Assembly (NCBI GenBank): GCA_947258795.1
Contig: CAMYJU010000009.1
Coordinates: 37,407-101,406, forward strand
DNA: 64,000 nt
Reading direction: 5' to 3'
Origin: an uncultured Gammaproteobacteria bacterium
GTDB taxonomy: Bacteria > Pseudomonadota > Gammaproteobacteria > DRJJ01
The position numbers and the translations under genes are program-made. Below, piece by piece: positions 29,038 to 41,011 of this stretch. The notes under the pieces were generated by a model, which was not told the origin of the DNA, did not search any database, and saw only the letters and a program-made list of their open reading frames with translations. Numbering within the stretch: the first letter of the stretch is position 1; each line of letters starts with the position of its first letter.

Positions 29038-30978
29038 TCAGGCCGTATTAAGTAAATCTGTGGATTCACCTGACTCCGCTCCATGATTGACAGGTAATTC
29101 GATACAAACCAACAAACCGCCTTCCGGGCGATTATCCAATGAAATAGTGCCACCATGCTTGTTGACAATACCATAGCTGACAGAGAGACCCAGGCCGGTA
29201 CCAGTGCCCTCCGGCTTGGTGGTGAAGAACGGGCTGAACACACGCGACAGGTCTTCCTGACTGATACCACTACCCTGATCGGTAATCTCGATATGCACAG
29301 TCTGTTCGTTATCCAGGCGTGCTAGCACGCCAATCACCGAATCGATATGTGACTCATGAATTGCGTTGATCAGGATATTGATCAATACCTGCTGCAATTG
29401 CGCTGCATCCCCGAACATCATCAACGGATGTTCAATATCAACATCCATCCTGATGCTGGAAGTCTCGAGCCGGTGATTGAATACCGTCAGGGTGTTATCC
29501 AGCAGTTCAGCCATATCGAACGCTTCTGACTTGGGCTCGGTTTCACGGGCAAAATTCAGGATACCCTGTACGATACGGGCACAGCGTTTACCTTCACCGG
29601 TTAGCGCCTTGAGATCGGCTTTCGCCTGGACGTCATGATCGGGTATCGCGTCATCAATCAGTGAGGCCAGTGACATGATATTCATCAACGGGTTATTGAT
29701 TTCATGACCGATACCCGCTGCCATCTGCCCTACTGCGGCAAGTCGGTCTGCCTGCTTGGCCGCTATCTCAGCCTTGTCACGCTCATCCCTGGCGCTCGAT
29801 AACTTGTCGCACAGGTAGTTAAAGGCCTTGCCGGCCACGCCAATCTCGTCGCTGCGCAGGTCCTGGTAACGGGTTTGTCTCTCACCATCGGCAAACCGGG
29901 TGATGATCTGCGCCAGTTCATGGACCGGTTCTGCCAATCTTGCCGATGCCCAGCGCGCAATCAACAGGCTGAATATCATACCGACAATAATCAGTCCGGT
30001 TACCCAGTTGCGCAGGTTACCAAGTGGCGCGAGTATGGTGTCACGATTACTGTCGATAATCAGTAGCCACTGTGTGTCCCTGTCCTGATACGGATAAAAT
30101 TTGTGGTAGAAAAACATGCGTTCATCGTCTGTTACCACAACACCCTGGTCGGAGCCTTTCTTGATCGATGACCACTGACCGGTTTTCAGTAGTCGGGGTA
30201 AGCGGTAGTCTGTCCCGACCTGGTTCGCAAAACGCCAGTCAGCATTCTTATGGTATAGAAAAATGCCGTCCCTTTCCGCATCCGTGTTCAGTTCAACGAT
30301 ATAGGCCTGGCCCTGGAACGCGCCTAGCGCCGCCTCAACCGCATCGTCGAAGCGCTTGCCCCACATATTGACGATCAGCATACCCAGGTTCAGTTCAAGC
30401 TCGTCCCGTATCGGCGCAGTATAGCGCACCATGGCCGGACAGAACTCGACCTCACCGGACACCTTGCCTCGTTCGAAATTCGAGATATTGATCTCGTCGT
30501 CTGATTTTTTCGCCTGCTTGAAAAAGGGTTTATAGGCGATATCTTCAACGAACGGCAGGCCCGACTGGTTCTTGTGCTTGTTTGCTATCAAGCGACCTTC
30601 TTTCACCTTGACCAGAGTCTTGCCATCGACATCAGTAAAACGCAGGGCCTGTATACTCGGGACGGTCGACTGATAGTTCAGGAAAAAGGCCATAAGCTGG
30701 GTAGCGCGCTCTTCATAACGCTCATAGTCGCGGTTATGAAGCATTTGCGCAAAGTCCCTGACCACCGGCACCTTGGACAGCCCCCGAACCAGGGATTTCT
30801 GGTTATTCATCAAGGTGTCGATCTCACCAGCCATCTTGAACAGAGTGGTGTACAACTCCTGGCTGGTACGTTGTTCGAGGTCCTTTTCGATATGGTTGAC
30901 CACACCAAACAACAATACCAGCAATGGCACGATGGCCATCAGGCTGATCACAAGAAACAGTTTTTGACGTAACAGCAT
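29038..30978 (-). CDS. Sensor histidine kinase (periplasmic sensor, HAMP)
   Basis: Two TMs; periplasmic EVEFCPAMVRY; H-box GHEINNPL; PFFTTKPEGTGTGLGL. Confidence 0.95.
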   Translation of the reverse strand: MLLRQKLFLVISLMAIVPLLVLLFGVVNHIEKDLEQRTSQELYTTLFKMAGEIDTLMNNQKSLVRGLSKVPVVRDFAQMLHNRDYERYEERATQLMAFFLNYQSTVPSIQALRFTDVDGKTLVKVKEGRLIANKHKNQSGLPFVEDIAYKPFFKQAKKSDDEINISNFERGKVSGEVEFCPAMVRYTAPIRDELELNLGMLIVNMWGKRFDDAVEAALGAFQGQAYIVELNTDAERDGIFLYHKNADWRFANQVGTDYRLPRLLKTGQWSSIKKGSDQGVVVTDDERMFFYHKFYPYQDRDTQWLLIIDSNRDTILAPLGNLRNWVTGLIIVGMIFSLLIARWASARLAEPVHELAQIITRFADGERQTRYQDLRSDEIGVAGKAFNYLCDKLSSARDERDKAEIAAKQADRLAAVGQMAAGIGHEINNPLMNIMSLASLIDDAIPDHDVQAKADLKALTGEGKRCARIVQGILNFARETEPKSEAFDMAELLDNTLTVFNHRLETSSIRMDVDIEHPLMMFGDAAQLQQVLINILINAIHESHIDSVIGVLARLDNEQTVHIEITDQGSGISQEDLSRVFSPFFTTKPEGTGTGLGLSVSYGIVNKHGGTISLDNRPEGGLLVCIELPVNHGAESGESTDLLNTA

Positions 30979-31094
30979 GCCTACATATTAGCACAGGGTG
31001 CAAATTGCAGCGTACTTTTTATGAGGATTTTTAGAATATTAGGATATTTTAATAGTACTCATTAGCCGTAGACCCTGAATGACACAAACCAGGA

Positions 31095-32534
31095 TCAGGC
31101 CAGGGCCGCAACACACAGCGCCATCAGCGACCCGGGGAACAGCCCCAGACCCAGCACCACGATGCCGTTCAGGCTCAGTGCCAGGCGCATATCTGCGCTG
31201 CCTTCCAGTACCTGCTCGTCTTCAGGTGCATCAAAGTACATCAGTTTAACCATACGGATATAGTAAAAGGCACCGATCACCGAGAAGAATACTGCAACGA
31301 TAGCCAGCCAGGTCATGTCATTGTTGATCACAGCTTCCAATACCCACAGTTTGGCGAAGAAACCGACGGTTGGCGGCACCCCTGCCATGGAAAACATCAG
31401 GATCAACATCACAAACGCATACCAGGGATTACGCTGATTCAGGCCTTTATAGTCATCCAGCTGGTCTGCCTCAAAGCCGTTACGACTCATCAGGATAATT
31501 ACCCCGAATGCACCCAGCGAGGTGATCGCATAGGTAATGGTGTAGAACATCGCAGCTGAATAACCGGCCTTGTCAGCTGCGATAATACCCAGCAGGATGA
31601 AACCGACATGTGAAATCGTTGAATAGGCCAGCATACGTTTCAGATTGGTCTGTGCGATCGCAATCACGTTACCGATGGCCATAGACAGGACTGCCAGCAT
31701 GATCAGCATGGTCTGCCAGTCTGACTGCAGGCCCGGCATGGTTTCGACCAGCAGGCGCATGACCATTGCAAAAGCGGCGATCTTCGGTGCCGACGCGATG
31801 TAAAGGGTCACGGAAGTCGGTGAGCCATGATAGATATCCGGCAACCACATATGGAAAGGTACCGCACCCAGTTTGAATGCCAGTCCAACGATAATAAACA
31901 CCAGTCCGAATGCCTGGATCTGTTTGCTGGCTGTACCGGAGTTAATGCTGTCGTTGATTGCAGAGATATCCAGTGTACCGTTGGCACCGTACAGCATCGA
32001 CATTCCGTATAACAGCATGCCCGATGCAATCGCACCGAGTACGAAATACTTCATTGCAGACTCGGATGCCACCATCGAGTCCCTGTCATAGGCGACCAGC
32101 GCGTACATGGAAAGGGACAGCAGTTCCAGACCCAGATAGATGGTCAGGAAATTATGTGCCGAGATCATCACCATCATACCCATCATGCCGAACAGGCCGA
32201 GCGCATAATACTCGCCCTTCAGCAGGCCACGCTTGGTCAGGTAGGCCCTGGAATACAGGAATATACCAATCATCACGACATACATGGCCAGTTTCAGTAA
32301 CACTGACATACTGTCATTGACAAACATGCCCGAGAATGTCACCACGGTATCCGTGCCGAACTGATTGAAAGTTAATACGGCAGCGACAATAACGGTTAAC
32401 TGCGTCAGGTAGTAGGTAATGCTGCGACGCGCATCACTCAGAAACTGATCCAGGATCAGGATCACACATGTCATGGCCAGAACAAACATTTCCGGGTAGG
32501 CCTGGGTGAAATCCGGCATCGTAAAATTGATCAT
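31095..32534 (-). CDS. nuoN: NADH-quinone oxidoreductase subunit N
   Basis: [16 protein letters not shown] and [11 protein letters not shown] motifs; operon order. Confidence 0.97.
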   Translation of the reverse strand: MINFTMPDFTQAYPEMFVLAMTCVILILDQFLSDARRSITYYLTQLTVIVAAVLTFNQFGTDTVVTFSGMFVNDSMSVLLKLAMYVVMIGIFLYSRAYLTKRGLLKGEYYALGLFGMMGMMVMISAHNFLTIYLGLELLSLSMYALVAYDRDSMVASESAMKYFVLGAIASGMLLYGMSMLYGANGTLDISAINDSINSGTASKQIQAFGLVFIIVGLAFKLGAVPFHMWLPDIYHGSPTSVTLYIASAPKIAAFAMVMRLLVETMPGLQSDWQTMLIMLAVLSMAIGNVIAIAQTNLKRMLAYSTISHVGFILLGIIAADKAGYSAAMFYTITYAITSLGAFGVIILMSRNGFEADQLDDYKGLNQRNPWYAFVMLILMFSMAGVPPTVGFFAKLWVLEAVINNDMTWLAIVAVFFSVIGAFYYIRMVKLMYFDAPEDEQVLEGSADMRLALSLNGIVVLGLGLFPGSLMALCVAALA

Positions 32535-32585
32535 TGCTTTACACCTGAACGCATTGTCTGCTGACTGTCTATCATAATCCTGGCT

Positions 32586-34109
32586 CTACAACTTGCTTAC
32601 CGATACATGTTGTAACAGGTTGGCGACACTGGCATGCATCACATCAACCAGTGGCGCAGGCCACAGGCCCAGCACCAGTACTGCGACTGCCAGCGTAGAT
32701 AAAATAACAAACTCCCGGCCATTGAGATCCTTCAGTGCAGCGACATTGTCATTGGCCACTTCACCGTATATCGTGCGCTTGACCATCCACAGGGTATAGG
32801 CCGCGCCCAGTATCAGCGTGGTTGCAGCCAGGAAGGCATACCAGAAATTAGCCTGAAAGCTGCCGATAATAACCATGAACTCGCCAACAAATCCCGAGGT
32901 GCCTGGCAGGCCGGCGTTGGACATCGCGAAAAATACCATTAGTGCCGCAAACACCGGCATGGTATTGGCTACACCGCCATAGTCATTAATATTCCGGCTA
33001 TGCATGCGATCATAAAGCACCCCTACACACAGGAACAGTGCACCCGAGATAAAGCCATGGGAGATCATCTGTACCAAGCCTCCCTCGACACCGAGTACGG
33101 CCTTTTCCCAGCCACCGGTCTTGTCGAAAATATCGTATGCGATGAAAAAGCCCAGCGTAACAAAACCCATATGGGCAATGGATGAGTATGCAATCAGCTT
33201 TTTCATATCGCTTTGGATCAGCGCGACGAAACCGATATAAACCACCGCGACCAGGGACATCAGGATGATCAACCAGCTCAGTTCATTACTCGCATCCGGA
33301 GTAATCGGCAGGCTGAAACGCAGGAAGCCGTAGCCACCGATCTTCAACATGATCGCGGCCAGGATCACTGACCCACCGGTAGGTGCTTCCACGTGCGCAT
33401 CAGGCAACCAGGTGTGCACCGGCCACATCGGTACCTTGACCGCAAATGCGAGCAGGAACGCAAAAAAGATATAGATCTGTTCGACCCGACCCAGTGACAG
33501 CGCATGAAAGTCCAGTATCGAGAAGGTTCCCTGGGTCTGTATTCCTTGAGAATGCATATACATATAGATCAGCGCGACCAGCATGAACACCGAGCCGAGG
33601 AAGGTATACAGGAAGAACTTGATGGTTGCATAGACACGGCGCGGCCCGCCCCAGACACCGATGATCAGGAACATCGGGATCAGCATGGCCTCCCAGAACA
33701 CATAGAACAACACCGCATCCAGCGCACTGAACACACCGATCATGATGCCTTCCATAATCAGGAAGGATGCCATGTACTGGCTAACCCTGGACTTGATCGA
33801 TTCCCAGCCTGCGAGTACGACCAGTACCGTGGTAAACGAGGTCAACAGGATCAGCGGCATCGAGATGCCGTCTATACCCAGATAGTAATGAACATTGAAG
33901 TGGTCGATCCAGGGCATTTTCTCAACGAACTGCATCTTGGCAGTGCTTGAGTCAAAATGGCTGTACAGCGGCAGTGTCAGGATGAAGGTTGCTACAGAAG
34001 TGATCAGCGCAATTGGACGAGCTGCCCGTTCACCGCTGATCAGCAGTAACAGACCACCCAGCACGGGCAACCAGATTACAACACTCAGGATTGGCCATTC
34101 CAAAGACAT
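32586..34109 (-). CDS. nuoM: NADH-quinone oxidoreductase subunit M
   Basis: HTWLPDAHVEAPTGGS. Confidence 0.97.
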   Translation of the reverse strand: MSLEWPILSVVIWLPVLGGLLLLISGERAARPIALITSVATFILTLPLYSHFDSSTAKMQFVEKMPWIDHFNVHYYLGIDGISMPLILLTSFTTVLVVLAGWESIKSRVSQYMASFLIMEGIMIGVFSALDAVLFYVFWEAMLIPMFLIIGVWGGPRRVYATIKFFLYTFLGSVFMLVALIYMYMHSQGIQTQGTFSILDFHALSLGRVEQIYIFFAFLLAFAVKVPMWPVHTWLPDAHVEAPTGGSVILAAIMLKIGGYGFLRFSLPITPDASNELSWLIILMSLVAVVYIGFVALIQSDMKKLIAYSSIAHMGFVTLGFFIAYDIFDKTGGWEKAVLGVEGGLVQMISHGFISGALFLCVGVLYDRMHSRNINDYGGVANTMPVFAALMVFFAMSNAGLPGTSGFVGEFMVIIGSFQANFWYAFLAATTLILGAAYTLWMVKRTIYGEVANDNVAALKDLNGREFVILSTLAVAVLVLGLWPAPLVDVMHASVANLLQHVSVSKL

Positions 34110-34120
34110 TCAGCGCCCCT

Positions 34121-36082
34121 TTACGACGAATAAATTACCCATGACAACAGACCCAGCAGGCCCAGGATCATGGCAAATGCATAATGATAGAGATAACCGG
34201 ACTGTACGTTACGAATAATGCCCGAGATCCAGCCGACTGTTTTGGCTGAACCATTTACTATCAGTCCGTCAATCAGGCGCACATCACCGTTGCGCCAGAA
34301 CAGATTACCGAGACCTCTTGCACCACCGGCAAACACAATCTCGTTAAAACGGTCGAAACCGTATTTCTCGACCAGCATGGTATATAACAGGCCAGACTTG
34401 TTCTTGATACTCTCGGCAATATCCGGTCGTTTCATATACAGGAACCAGGCCGTGAACACGCCCAGCATCGCCAGTACGAACGGCGGTTGCATCACACCAT
34501 GGGTAACCATGCCAGCCGGTCCATGCCAGGATTCGCCAACCGCAGCCAGCGCATTATGTTCAGGCAACACGAAGATTGATGCTCCGAAATAGTCACCAAA
34601 CAGCATCGGCCCAATCGTATACCAGCCGACGATCGCCGACGGGATAGCCAGCAGGATCAGTGGCACGGTAACCACGGCCGGTGTTTCATGCAGGTGTTCA
34701 CGGGTATGCTCGTCCATGCGCTCCTGCCCATGGAATACCAGGAAGAACATGCGGAAGCTGTATAAAGCGGTGATGAACACGCCACCCAGTACCGCGGCAT
34801 AGGCAAAACCCGAACCGGCAATATCGGAATGCGCCACCGCTTCGATAATGGCGTCCTTGGAGAAGAACCCGGAGAAGCCCGGGAAGCCGATCAGGGCCAG
34901 CGAACCGATCAGTGAGGTCCAGTAGGTGATCGGCATGTATTTTTTCAGACCACCCATCTCGCGCATATCCTGTACGTGATGCATCGCGATTATGACCGAA
35001 CCGGCACCAAGGAACAGCAGCGCCTTGAAGAAGGCGTGGGTCATCAGGTGGAAGATCGCGGCGGAATACGCCGAGGCACCCAGCGCAACTGTCATATAGC
35101 CCAGCTGTGACAGCGTCGAATAGGCCACCACACGCTTGATGTCATGCTGCACCAGGCCCAGCAGCCCCATAAACAGGGCCGTAATCGCTCCTATCGTGAT
35201 CACAACACTCAGTGCGGTCGCCGACAGTTCAAACAATGGCGACATGCGCGCAACCATGAAGATACCTGCGGTAACCATGGTCGCCGCATGGATCAATGCC
35301 GAGATCGGGGTCGGGCCTTCCATCGAATCAGGCAGCCACACGTGCAGTGGCACCTGTGCCGATTTACCCATCGCGCCGATAAACAGCAGGATGCAGACCA
35401 CGGTCATCGCCGACCACGGCACACCGGCAAAGATCTCGATGTTCTGTGATGCGATCGTATCGGCCTGACCGAACACGGTCATGTAATCCAGTGAACCGGT
35501 GAAATAGACAATCGCCGCGATGCCGAGCAGGAAACCGAAGTCCCCGACGCGGTTAACCAGAAACGCCTTCAGGTTCGCATAAATCGCTGTTTCACGTTTG
35601 AACCAGAAACCGATCAGCAGATAGGAAACCAGCCCGACCGCCTCCCAGCCGAAGAACAGTTGCAGGAAGTTGTTGGACATGACCAGCATCAGCATCGAGA
35701 ACGTGAACAGTGCGATATAGCTGAAGAAGCGCTGGTAACCGGGATCTTCCTTCATGTAACCAATGGTATAGATATGCACCATCAGCGATACAAAGGTGAC
35801 CACGACCAGCATTACCGTGGTCAGCTTGTCAATCAGGAAGCCGATTTCGAACTGGATACCCTGGCTGATCATCCAGACATACACGGTCTTGTTATAGGTC
35901 TCCGCCCCGTCGATAACGATGTGTTTGAATACCAGCATGGATAGCGCAAATGCAACCGCAACACCGAGTATGGTCACCCAGTGTGAAGCCGCCCTGCCGA
36001 TTTTCCACCCGAACAAGCCAGCCACGATTGCACCGAACAGCGGTGCAAGCGGGATTGCCAAATATATGTTTTCCATATTCAT
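34121..36082 (-). CDS. nuoL: NADH-quinone oxidoreductase subunit L
   Basis: GKSAQVPLHVWLPDSMEGPTPISALIHAATMV. Confidence 0.97.
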   Translation of the reverse strand: MNMENIYLAIPLAPLFGAIVAGLFGWKIGRAASHWVTILGVAVAFALSMLVFKHIVIDGAETYNKTVYVWMISQGIQFEIGFLIDKLTTVMLVVVTFVSLMVHIYTIGYMKEDPGYQRFFSYIALFTFSMLMLVMSNNFLQLFFGWEAVGLVSYLLIGFWFKRETAIYANLKAFLVNRVGDFGFLLGIAAIVYFTGSLDYMTVFGQADTIASQNIEIFAGVPWSAMTVVCILLFIGAMGKSAQVPLHVWLPDSMEGPTPISALIHAATMVTAGIFMVARMSPLFELSATALSVVITIGAITALFMGLLGLVQHDIKRVVAYSTLSQLGYMTVALGASAYSAAIFHLMTHAFFKALLFLGAGSVIIAMHHVQDMREMGGLKKYMPITYWTSLIGSLALIGFPGFSGFFSKDAIIEAVAHSDIAGSGFAYAAVLGGVFITALYSFRMFFLVFHGQERMDEHTREHLHETPAVVTVPLILLAIPSAIVGWYTIGPMLFGDYFGASIFVLPEHNALAAVGESWHGPAGMVTHGVMQPPFVLAMLGVFTAWFLYMKRPDIAESIKNKSGLLYTMLVEKYGFDRFNEIVFAGGARGLGNLFWRNGDVRLIDGLIVNGSAKTVGWISGIIRNVQSGYLYHYAFAMILGLLGLLSWVIYSS

Positions 36083-36083
36083 G

Positions 36084-36389
36084 CTAGCCCTTCATCGTAT
36101 CCAGTTCTTCCACATTGATCGTACTGCGATTTCGGAACAATACGACCAGTATTGCCAGCCCGATGGCGGCTTCAGCTGCGGCAACCGTCAGAATGAAAAA
36201 CACGAACACCTGCCCCGCGATATCATTCAGGAAATGAGAAAACGCAATAAAATTGATATTGACCGCAAGCAACATCAGTTCGATGCACATCAGCAGGATG
36301 ATCACGTTTTTACGGTTCAGGAAGATGCCTGCAATCGAGATGCAGAACAAAATCGCTCCCAGAATCAGGTAATCGGTCAGCAACAGCAT
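36084..36389 (-). CDS. nuoK: NADH-quinone oxidoreductase subunit K
   Basis: IELMLLAVN...[11 protein letters not shown]. Confidence 0.97.
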   Translation of the reverse strand: MLLLTDYLILGAILFCISIAGIFLNRKNVIILLMCIELMLLAVNINFIAFSHFLNDIAGQVFVFFILTVAAAEAAIGLAILVVLFRNRSTINVEELDTMKG

Positions 36390-36425
36390 GGCATCACCTT
36401 GTCGTTTTTCATATCACACATAAAA

Positions 36426-37022
36426 CTAGCTCTCTGTATCCATATCCTTGACGATACGGATACGGTCCGACTTTCTGACCTTCACCTGATTGCCCGGCGT
36501 CTGGTAACGGGTGTCCTTGCGCTTGCGCAAGGTCAACGATATCGCTGCTACAATCGCAAGCAACAGGATCACGGCCGCGATCTCGAACACAAACAGGTAG
36601 TCGGTATACAGCACGTTTCCGATCGCGCGTGTGTTGCTGTACTCAACACCATGCTTGACCGGCGTGAACTTGCTGTTATCAAAACCGCCAAGCAGGAAGT
36701 AGGACATCTCGATAATCACCACGACCGCCACGGTCGCGCCTACCGGCAGGTAACGGGTAAAGCCGGCGCGCAACACGGAAACATCGATATCCAGCATCAT
36801 CACCACGAACAGGAACAGCACCATGACCGCACCCACGTACACCAGTACCAGGGTCATGGCCAGGAATTCCGCCTCCAGCATCAGCCACAAGGCAGCCGTT
36901 GTAAAGAACGCAAGCACCAGAAACAGAGCCGCATGCACGGTATTACGTACGGTGATAACTCTCAGCGCGGATACCACCAATATTGCCGCGAAGAAGTAAA
37001 AAATAATTTTTTCGAAACCCAT
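36426..37022 (-). CDS. nuoJ: NADH-quinone oxidoreductase subunit J
   Basis: VLVYVGAVMVLFLFVVMML. Confidence 0.97.
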   Translation of the reverse strand: MGFEKIIFYFFAAILVVSALRVITVRNTVHAALFLVLAFFTTAALWLMLEAEFLAMTLVLVYVGAVMVLFLFVVMMLDIDVSVLRAGFTRYLPVGATVAVVVIIEMSYFLLGGFDNSKFTPVKHGVEYSNTRAIGNVLYTDYLFVFEIAAVILLLAIVAAISLTLRKRKDTRYQTPGNQVKVRKSDRIRIVKDMDTES

Positions 37023-37052
37023 GATTATCTCTGTTCCAAACTCATCGACGTG

Positions 37053-37541
37053 CTAGCGGTACCTGGCATCAGCTGTCCTGGCCGCTGCGATCTGTTCTTC
37101 GTACTTGTCACCAATTGCAAGCAGCTTTTCCTTGGTCATGATCTGCTCGCCCCTGTTTTCAAAATGGTATTCATAAATCTGAGTTTCCACGATCGAGTCA
37201 ACCGGGCAGGCCTCTTCACAGAACCCGCAGAAGATACACTTGAACAAATCAATATCGTAACGGGTGGTACGACGCGTTCCGTCCTCGCGTTCTTCCGAAT
37301 CGATTGTGATCGCCAATGCCGGGCAAACCGCTTCACACAACTTACAGGCAATACAACGCTCCTCACCGTTTTGATAACGCCGCAGTGCATGCAGGCCCCT
37401 GAAACGGTTTGAGATCGGGGTCTTTTCCTCCGGGTACTGGATGGTAATCTTGCGTACAAACAGATAACGCCCGGTCAGTCGCATACCTTTCAGCAACTCC
37501 CACAAGGTCATACTCTTTATAAAATGGGTCAAACCACTCAT
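37053..37541 (-). CDS. nuoI: NADH-quinone oxidoreductase subunit I
   Basis: Two CxxCxxCxxxCP motifs. Confidence 0.97.
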   Translation of the reverse strand: MSGLTHFIKSMTLWELLKGMRLTGRYLFVRKITIQYPEEKTPISNRFRGLHALRRYQNGEERCIACKLCEAVCPALAITIDSEEREDGTRRTTRYDIDLFKCIFCGFCEEACPVDSIVETQIYEYHFENRGEQIMTKEKLLAIGDKYEEQIAAARTADARYR

Positions 37542-37559
37542 TCGATATCCCCTGTCCGC

Positions 37560-38600
37560 TTATCCAAACCAGGGTGGCAGCTTGGCCACGATGGCTACGG
37601 CCAGTACAACCAGCCACACAATAGTTACCGGTATCAGAACCTTCCAGCCCAGGCGCATGATCTGGTCATAGCGATAGCGCGGGAAGGTAGCCCTGAACCA
37701 CAGGAAGCAGAACATAAAGAAAAATGTCTTCATCACCAGCCAGAAGATACCCGGTATCCAGGCCGTCGCCGCACCCAGCAGCGGAATGCCTTCAAATGGT
37801 GACAGCCAGCCACCCCAGAACATCAGTACGGTCAACATAGAAATCAGGATGATGTTGGCATATTCGGCCAGGAAGAATACCGCGAACAACATACCCGAAT
37901 ATTCAACGTGGAAGCCGGCCACGATCTCCGACTCGCCTTCCGCGACATCGAACGGTGCACGGTTGGTCTCGGCCACACCGGATATCAGGTAGACCATGAA
38001 CAGGGGTAACAACGGTAACCAGTACCAGTGCCAGAACCCACCGGACTGTTGTAACACGATTTCACGCAGATTCAGGCTGTGTGCGGCCATCAACACACCA
38101 ACCAGTGCAAAACCCATCGCAATTTCATAGGAAACGATCTGCGCCGCGGAACGCATTGCGCCGAGGAAGGCATATTTCGAGTTCGATGCCCAGCCGGCAA
38201 TAATCACGCCGTATACACCCAGTGAGGTCAACGCGAGGATATATAACAGTCCGGCATTGATATCGGCCAATACCAGGCCATCGCCAAATGGCACCACCGC
38301 CCAGGCGGCCAGCGCCGGCGCGATTGCAAGGATCGGCGCAATTACAAACAGGTAACGGTTGGCCTCGGCCGGCATGACGATTTCCTTGAACATCAGCTTG
38401 ACCGCGTCCGCGATCGGCTGACCCAGGCCGAACATCCTGAAACCGAAGAAGCCAACACGGTTCGGTCCTATACGGACCTGCATAAAGCCGATCAGCCTGC
38501 GTTCTGCATAGGTCAGATAAGCGACCGCCGTCATCAACGGTATCAGAATCGCAAATATCTTCAACAAGATAATGATCAAGTCGTATGCCAGTTCGTACAT
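37560..38600 (-). CDS. nuoH: NADH-quinone oxidoreductase subunit H
   Basis: [21 protein letters not shown]. Confidence 0.97.
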   Translation of the reverse strand: MYELAYDLIIILLKIFAILIPLMTAVAYLTYAERRLIGFMQVRIGPNRVGFFGFRMFGLGQPIADAVKLMFKEIVMPAEANRYLFVIAPILAIAPALAAWAVVPFGDGLVLADINAGLLYILALTSLGVYGVIIAGWASNSKYAFLGAMRSAAQIVSYEIAMGFALVGVLMAAHSLNLREIVLQQSGGFWHWYWLPLLPLFMVYLISGVAETNRAPFDVAEGESEIVAGFHVEYSGMLFAVFFLAEYANIILISMLTVLMFWGGWLSPFEGIPLLGAATAWIPGIFWLVMKTFFFMFCFLWFRATFPRYRYDQIMRLGWKVLIPVTIVWLVVLAVAIVAKLPPWFG

Positions 38601-40987
38601 TAATCCGCTTCCAGTTCTATATCGCCAAACAGGTCACCCAGTTGTGCAGTATGCTCGGTACCACCCGGTATCCACACGCACTGATCAGGAACCCCGTCGT
38701 CGATGACGAGTTCCATGCGAATGCGGTTGTTTGCCTGTTTTACAAAAACCCGGTCCATGTCACGTAGCTGCATTTTGCCGGCCAGCTTGCTGTTTATCCT
38801 GATCATCTGATCCTGCGCGACCGGTGTCTTCTGTAGTGAGTCTGCACGTCGGGTAATGTTATCAACGCCGTATATCGAGATACCTGTCAGTCGTTGCAGG
38901 CCGGCATCGGGCTGGTCGAACAGTTTGACCGGCACCCTGTCGACAGGTGGTTTGCCCGCTGCCACATCAATCACGTGGCTTGCCAGTTCTTCCCTGACCT
39001 GTTCGGAAGACATGTAATCACATGCCGACAGGTCCAGCAGGTTGCCCAGTACGCGTAACACCTTCCAACCTGGTCGGGATTCGGCATGCGCGCTGACCGC
39101 ACCCTGGAAACTTTGCCAGTTGCCTTCTATGTTGACAAAGGTGCCGGATGTCTCGGTGTAGGGCGTGACCGGCAGCAGCACATCGGCATAGCCACGCATG
39201 GTGTCGGTCACATATGGTGTCAGGCAAACCACATGTTCGGCTGCGGTCAGCACCTTGATGGTCTGTTCCGCATTCCAGCAATCGTATTCAGGTTCAAGGT
39301 TGAACAGGACGTAGGCCTTCAGTGTTCCGGAAAGCATTTGGCCCGCATCCATACCTGGGTCGGCCCGATCTTCTCCGGCCGTTTTACGATGCGGCAGGAT
39401 GCCGGCCTGACAGGCGCCGGCCGTGTTGGCCCCGTCAGTCAGGTAACCCAGCGTCACACCGGCCGTTTCTGCAAGTTGTGTCGCCAGTACCTCGAGTACG
39501 GAATAATGCGGATGAGAAATAGCCTGTACACCGAGGATGACACTACCCTGTTCCGCATCCATCAGTTTAGTCGCAATGCGCTTGTGTTCATCACCCGGTT
39601 CGTTATGTGCAAGGATATCGCTCAGATCAGACGGTGCCTGCTGGTTGTTCAGCTCCAGCACGGCACGGGTTACCGCCGCCAGATGATTGATCACGCCGCT
39701 GGGACAACCGAGCAGTTTTTCATCCTGCTCGAAGTGCGTGTCATAGTCACGCATGTTCAGTGACATGATGCTTGCGCCGTTCAGACTGGCCTTGCGCAGG
39801 CGATGCGCAATAATCGGTTGCTCCTTGCAGATATTACTACCGATCATCAGCACCGCGTTCTGTTCATCCAGCTCGGCGATGGCGACACCCAGGCTGGGTG
39901 ACACCGGCGCGTTGTCCTGATCGGAAAAGTCGGTCTGACGCAGTCGATGATCGATATTACTGATACCCAGATGATCGGCAATCCGGAACAACAGGTACAT
40001 TTCTTCCAGTGTTGCATTCGGTGATACCAGTATACCGACCTGGTCTTCACCGTGTTCGGCGACAGCGGTTTGCAGGATCTCTGCGGTACGTGCCAGCGCA
40101 ATCTGCCAGTCCTGCCTGGTCCATTCACCATGGTCCAGAACCGCGGGCTCGCCCAGTCGGTCCTGATGCATCAGCCCCTCATAGCTGAAACGGTCCCGGT
40201 CAGATAACCAGCATTCATTGATATGCTCGTTATCCAGCGGTACCACGCGATTGACCTGGTCACGAAAGGTATGAATATTGATATTGGAGCCCACGCAATC
40301 ATGTGCGGCAACCGAGTTTGACTGGTTCAGCTCCCAGGCCCGGGCTGAGTATCTGGATGGTTTCGCGGTCAGCGCGCCGACCGGACACACATCAATGATG
40401 TTACCTGACATTTCGGAGCTGATCGCTTGCTCGATATAGGTACCTATCAGGGTATGCTCGCCGCGTCCGACCGCACCCATTTCACGTAGACCGGCGATCT
40501 CCTGCCCGAAGCGCACACAGCGTGTGCAATGGATGCAGCGGGTCATCTCGGTCGCAATCAGTGGACCGAGGTTCTTGTCCATGACCACACGCTTGCCTTC
40601 AGTGTAGCTGGATACGTCGCCACCATAACCCATGGCGACGTCCTGCAGCTCACACTCGCCGCCCTGATCACAGATCGGGCAATCCAGCGGATGATTGATC
40701 AACAGGAATTCCATCGTGCCTTTCTGTGCACCACGCGCCAGCGGTGAATCGGTGTATACCTTCATACCTTCCATGACCGGTGTGGCACAGGCAGGTAAGG
40801 GTTTGGGTGCCTTTTCAACCTCGACCAGGCACATGCGGCAGTTGGCAGCTATCGACAGTTTCTCGTGGTAACAGAAACGCGGTATGTTGATACCGTTACG
40901 ATCAGCTACCTGAATGACCATCTCATCAGGATGGGCTTCCAGGGTGACGCCATTGATCTCAATTTCGAATGTTGAATTATCGCTCAT
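38600..40987 (-). CDS. nuoG: NADH-quinone oxidoreductase subunit G
   Basis: PRFCYH...CRMCLVE and [15 protein letters not shown]. Confidence 0.97.
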   Translation of the reverse strand: MSDNSTFEIEINGVTLEAHPDEMVIQVADRNGINIPRFCYHEKLSIAANCRMCLVEVEKAPKPLPACATPVMEGMKVYTDSPLARGAQKGTMEFLLINHPLDCPICDQGGECELQDVAMGYGGDVSSYTEGKRVVMDKNLGPLIATEMTRCIHCTRCVRFGQEIAGLREMGAVGRGEHTLIGTYIEQAISSEMSGNIIDVCPVGALTAKPSRYSARAWELNQSNSVAAHDCVGSNINIHTFRDQVNRVVPLDNEHINECWLSDRDRFSYEGLMHQDRLGEPAVLDHGEWTRQDWQIALARTAEILQTAVAEHGEDQVGILVSPNATLEEMYLLFRIADHLGISNIDHRLRQTDFSDQDNAPVSPSLGVAIAELDEQNAVLMIGSNICKEQPIIAHRLRKASLNGASIMSLNMRDYDTHFEQDEKLLGCPSGVINHLAAVTRAVLELNNQQAPSDLSDILAHNEPGDEHKRIATKLMDAEQGSVILGVQAISHPHYSVLEVLATQLAETAGVTLGYLTDGANTAGACQAGILPHRKTAGEDRADPGMDAGQMLSGTLKAYVLFNLEPEYDCWNAEQTIKVLTAAEHVVCLTPYVTDTMRGYADVLLPVTPYTETSGTFVNIEGNWQSFQGAVSAHAESRPGWKVLRVLGNLLDLSACDYMSSEQVREELASHVIDVAAGKPPVDRVPVKLFDQPDAGLQRLTGISIYGVDNITRRADSLQKTPVAQDQMIRINSKLAGKMQLRDMDRVFVKQANNRIRMELVIDDGVPDQCVWIPGGTEHTAQLGDLFGDIELEAD

Positions 40988-41011
40988 CTGACAATATGGT
41001 CCCTACAACAC

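Noticed and set aside
35919-37412. 497 aa plus-strand ORF
   Set aside because: Antisense shadow of nuoL/K/J/I with no protein-like features.
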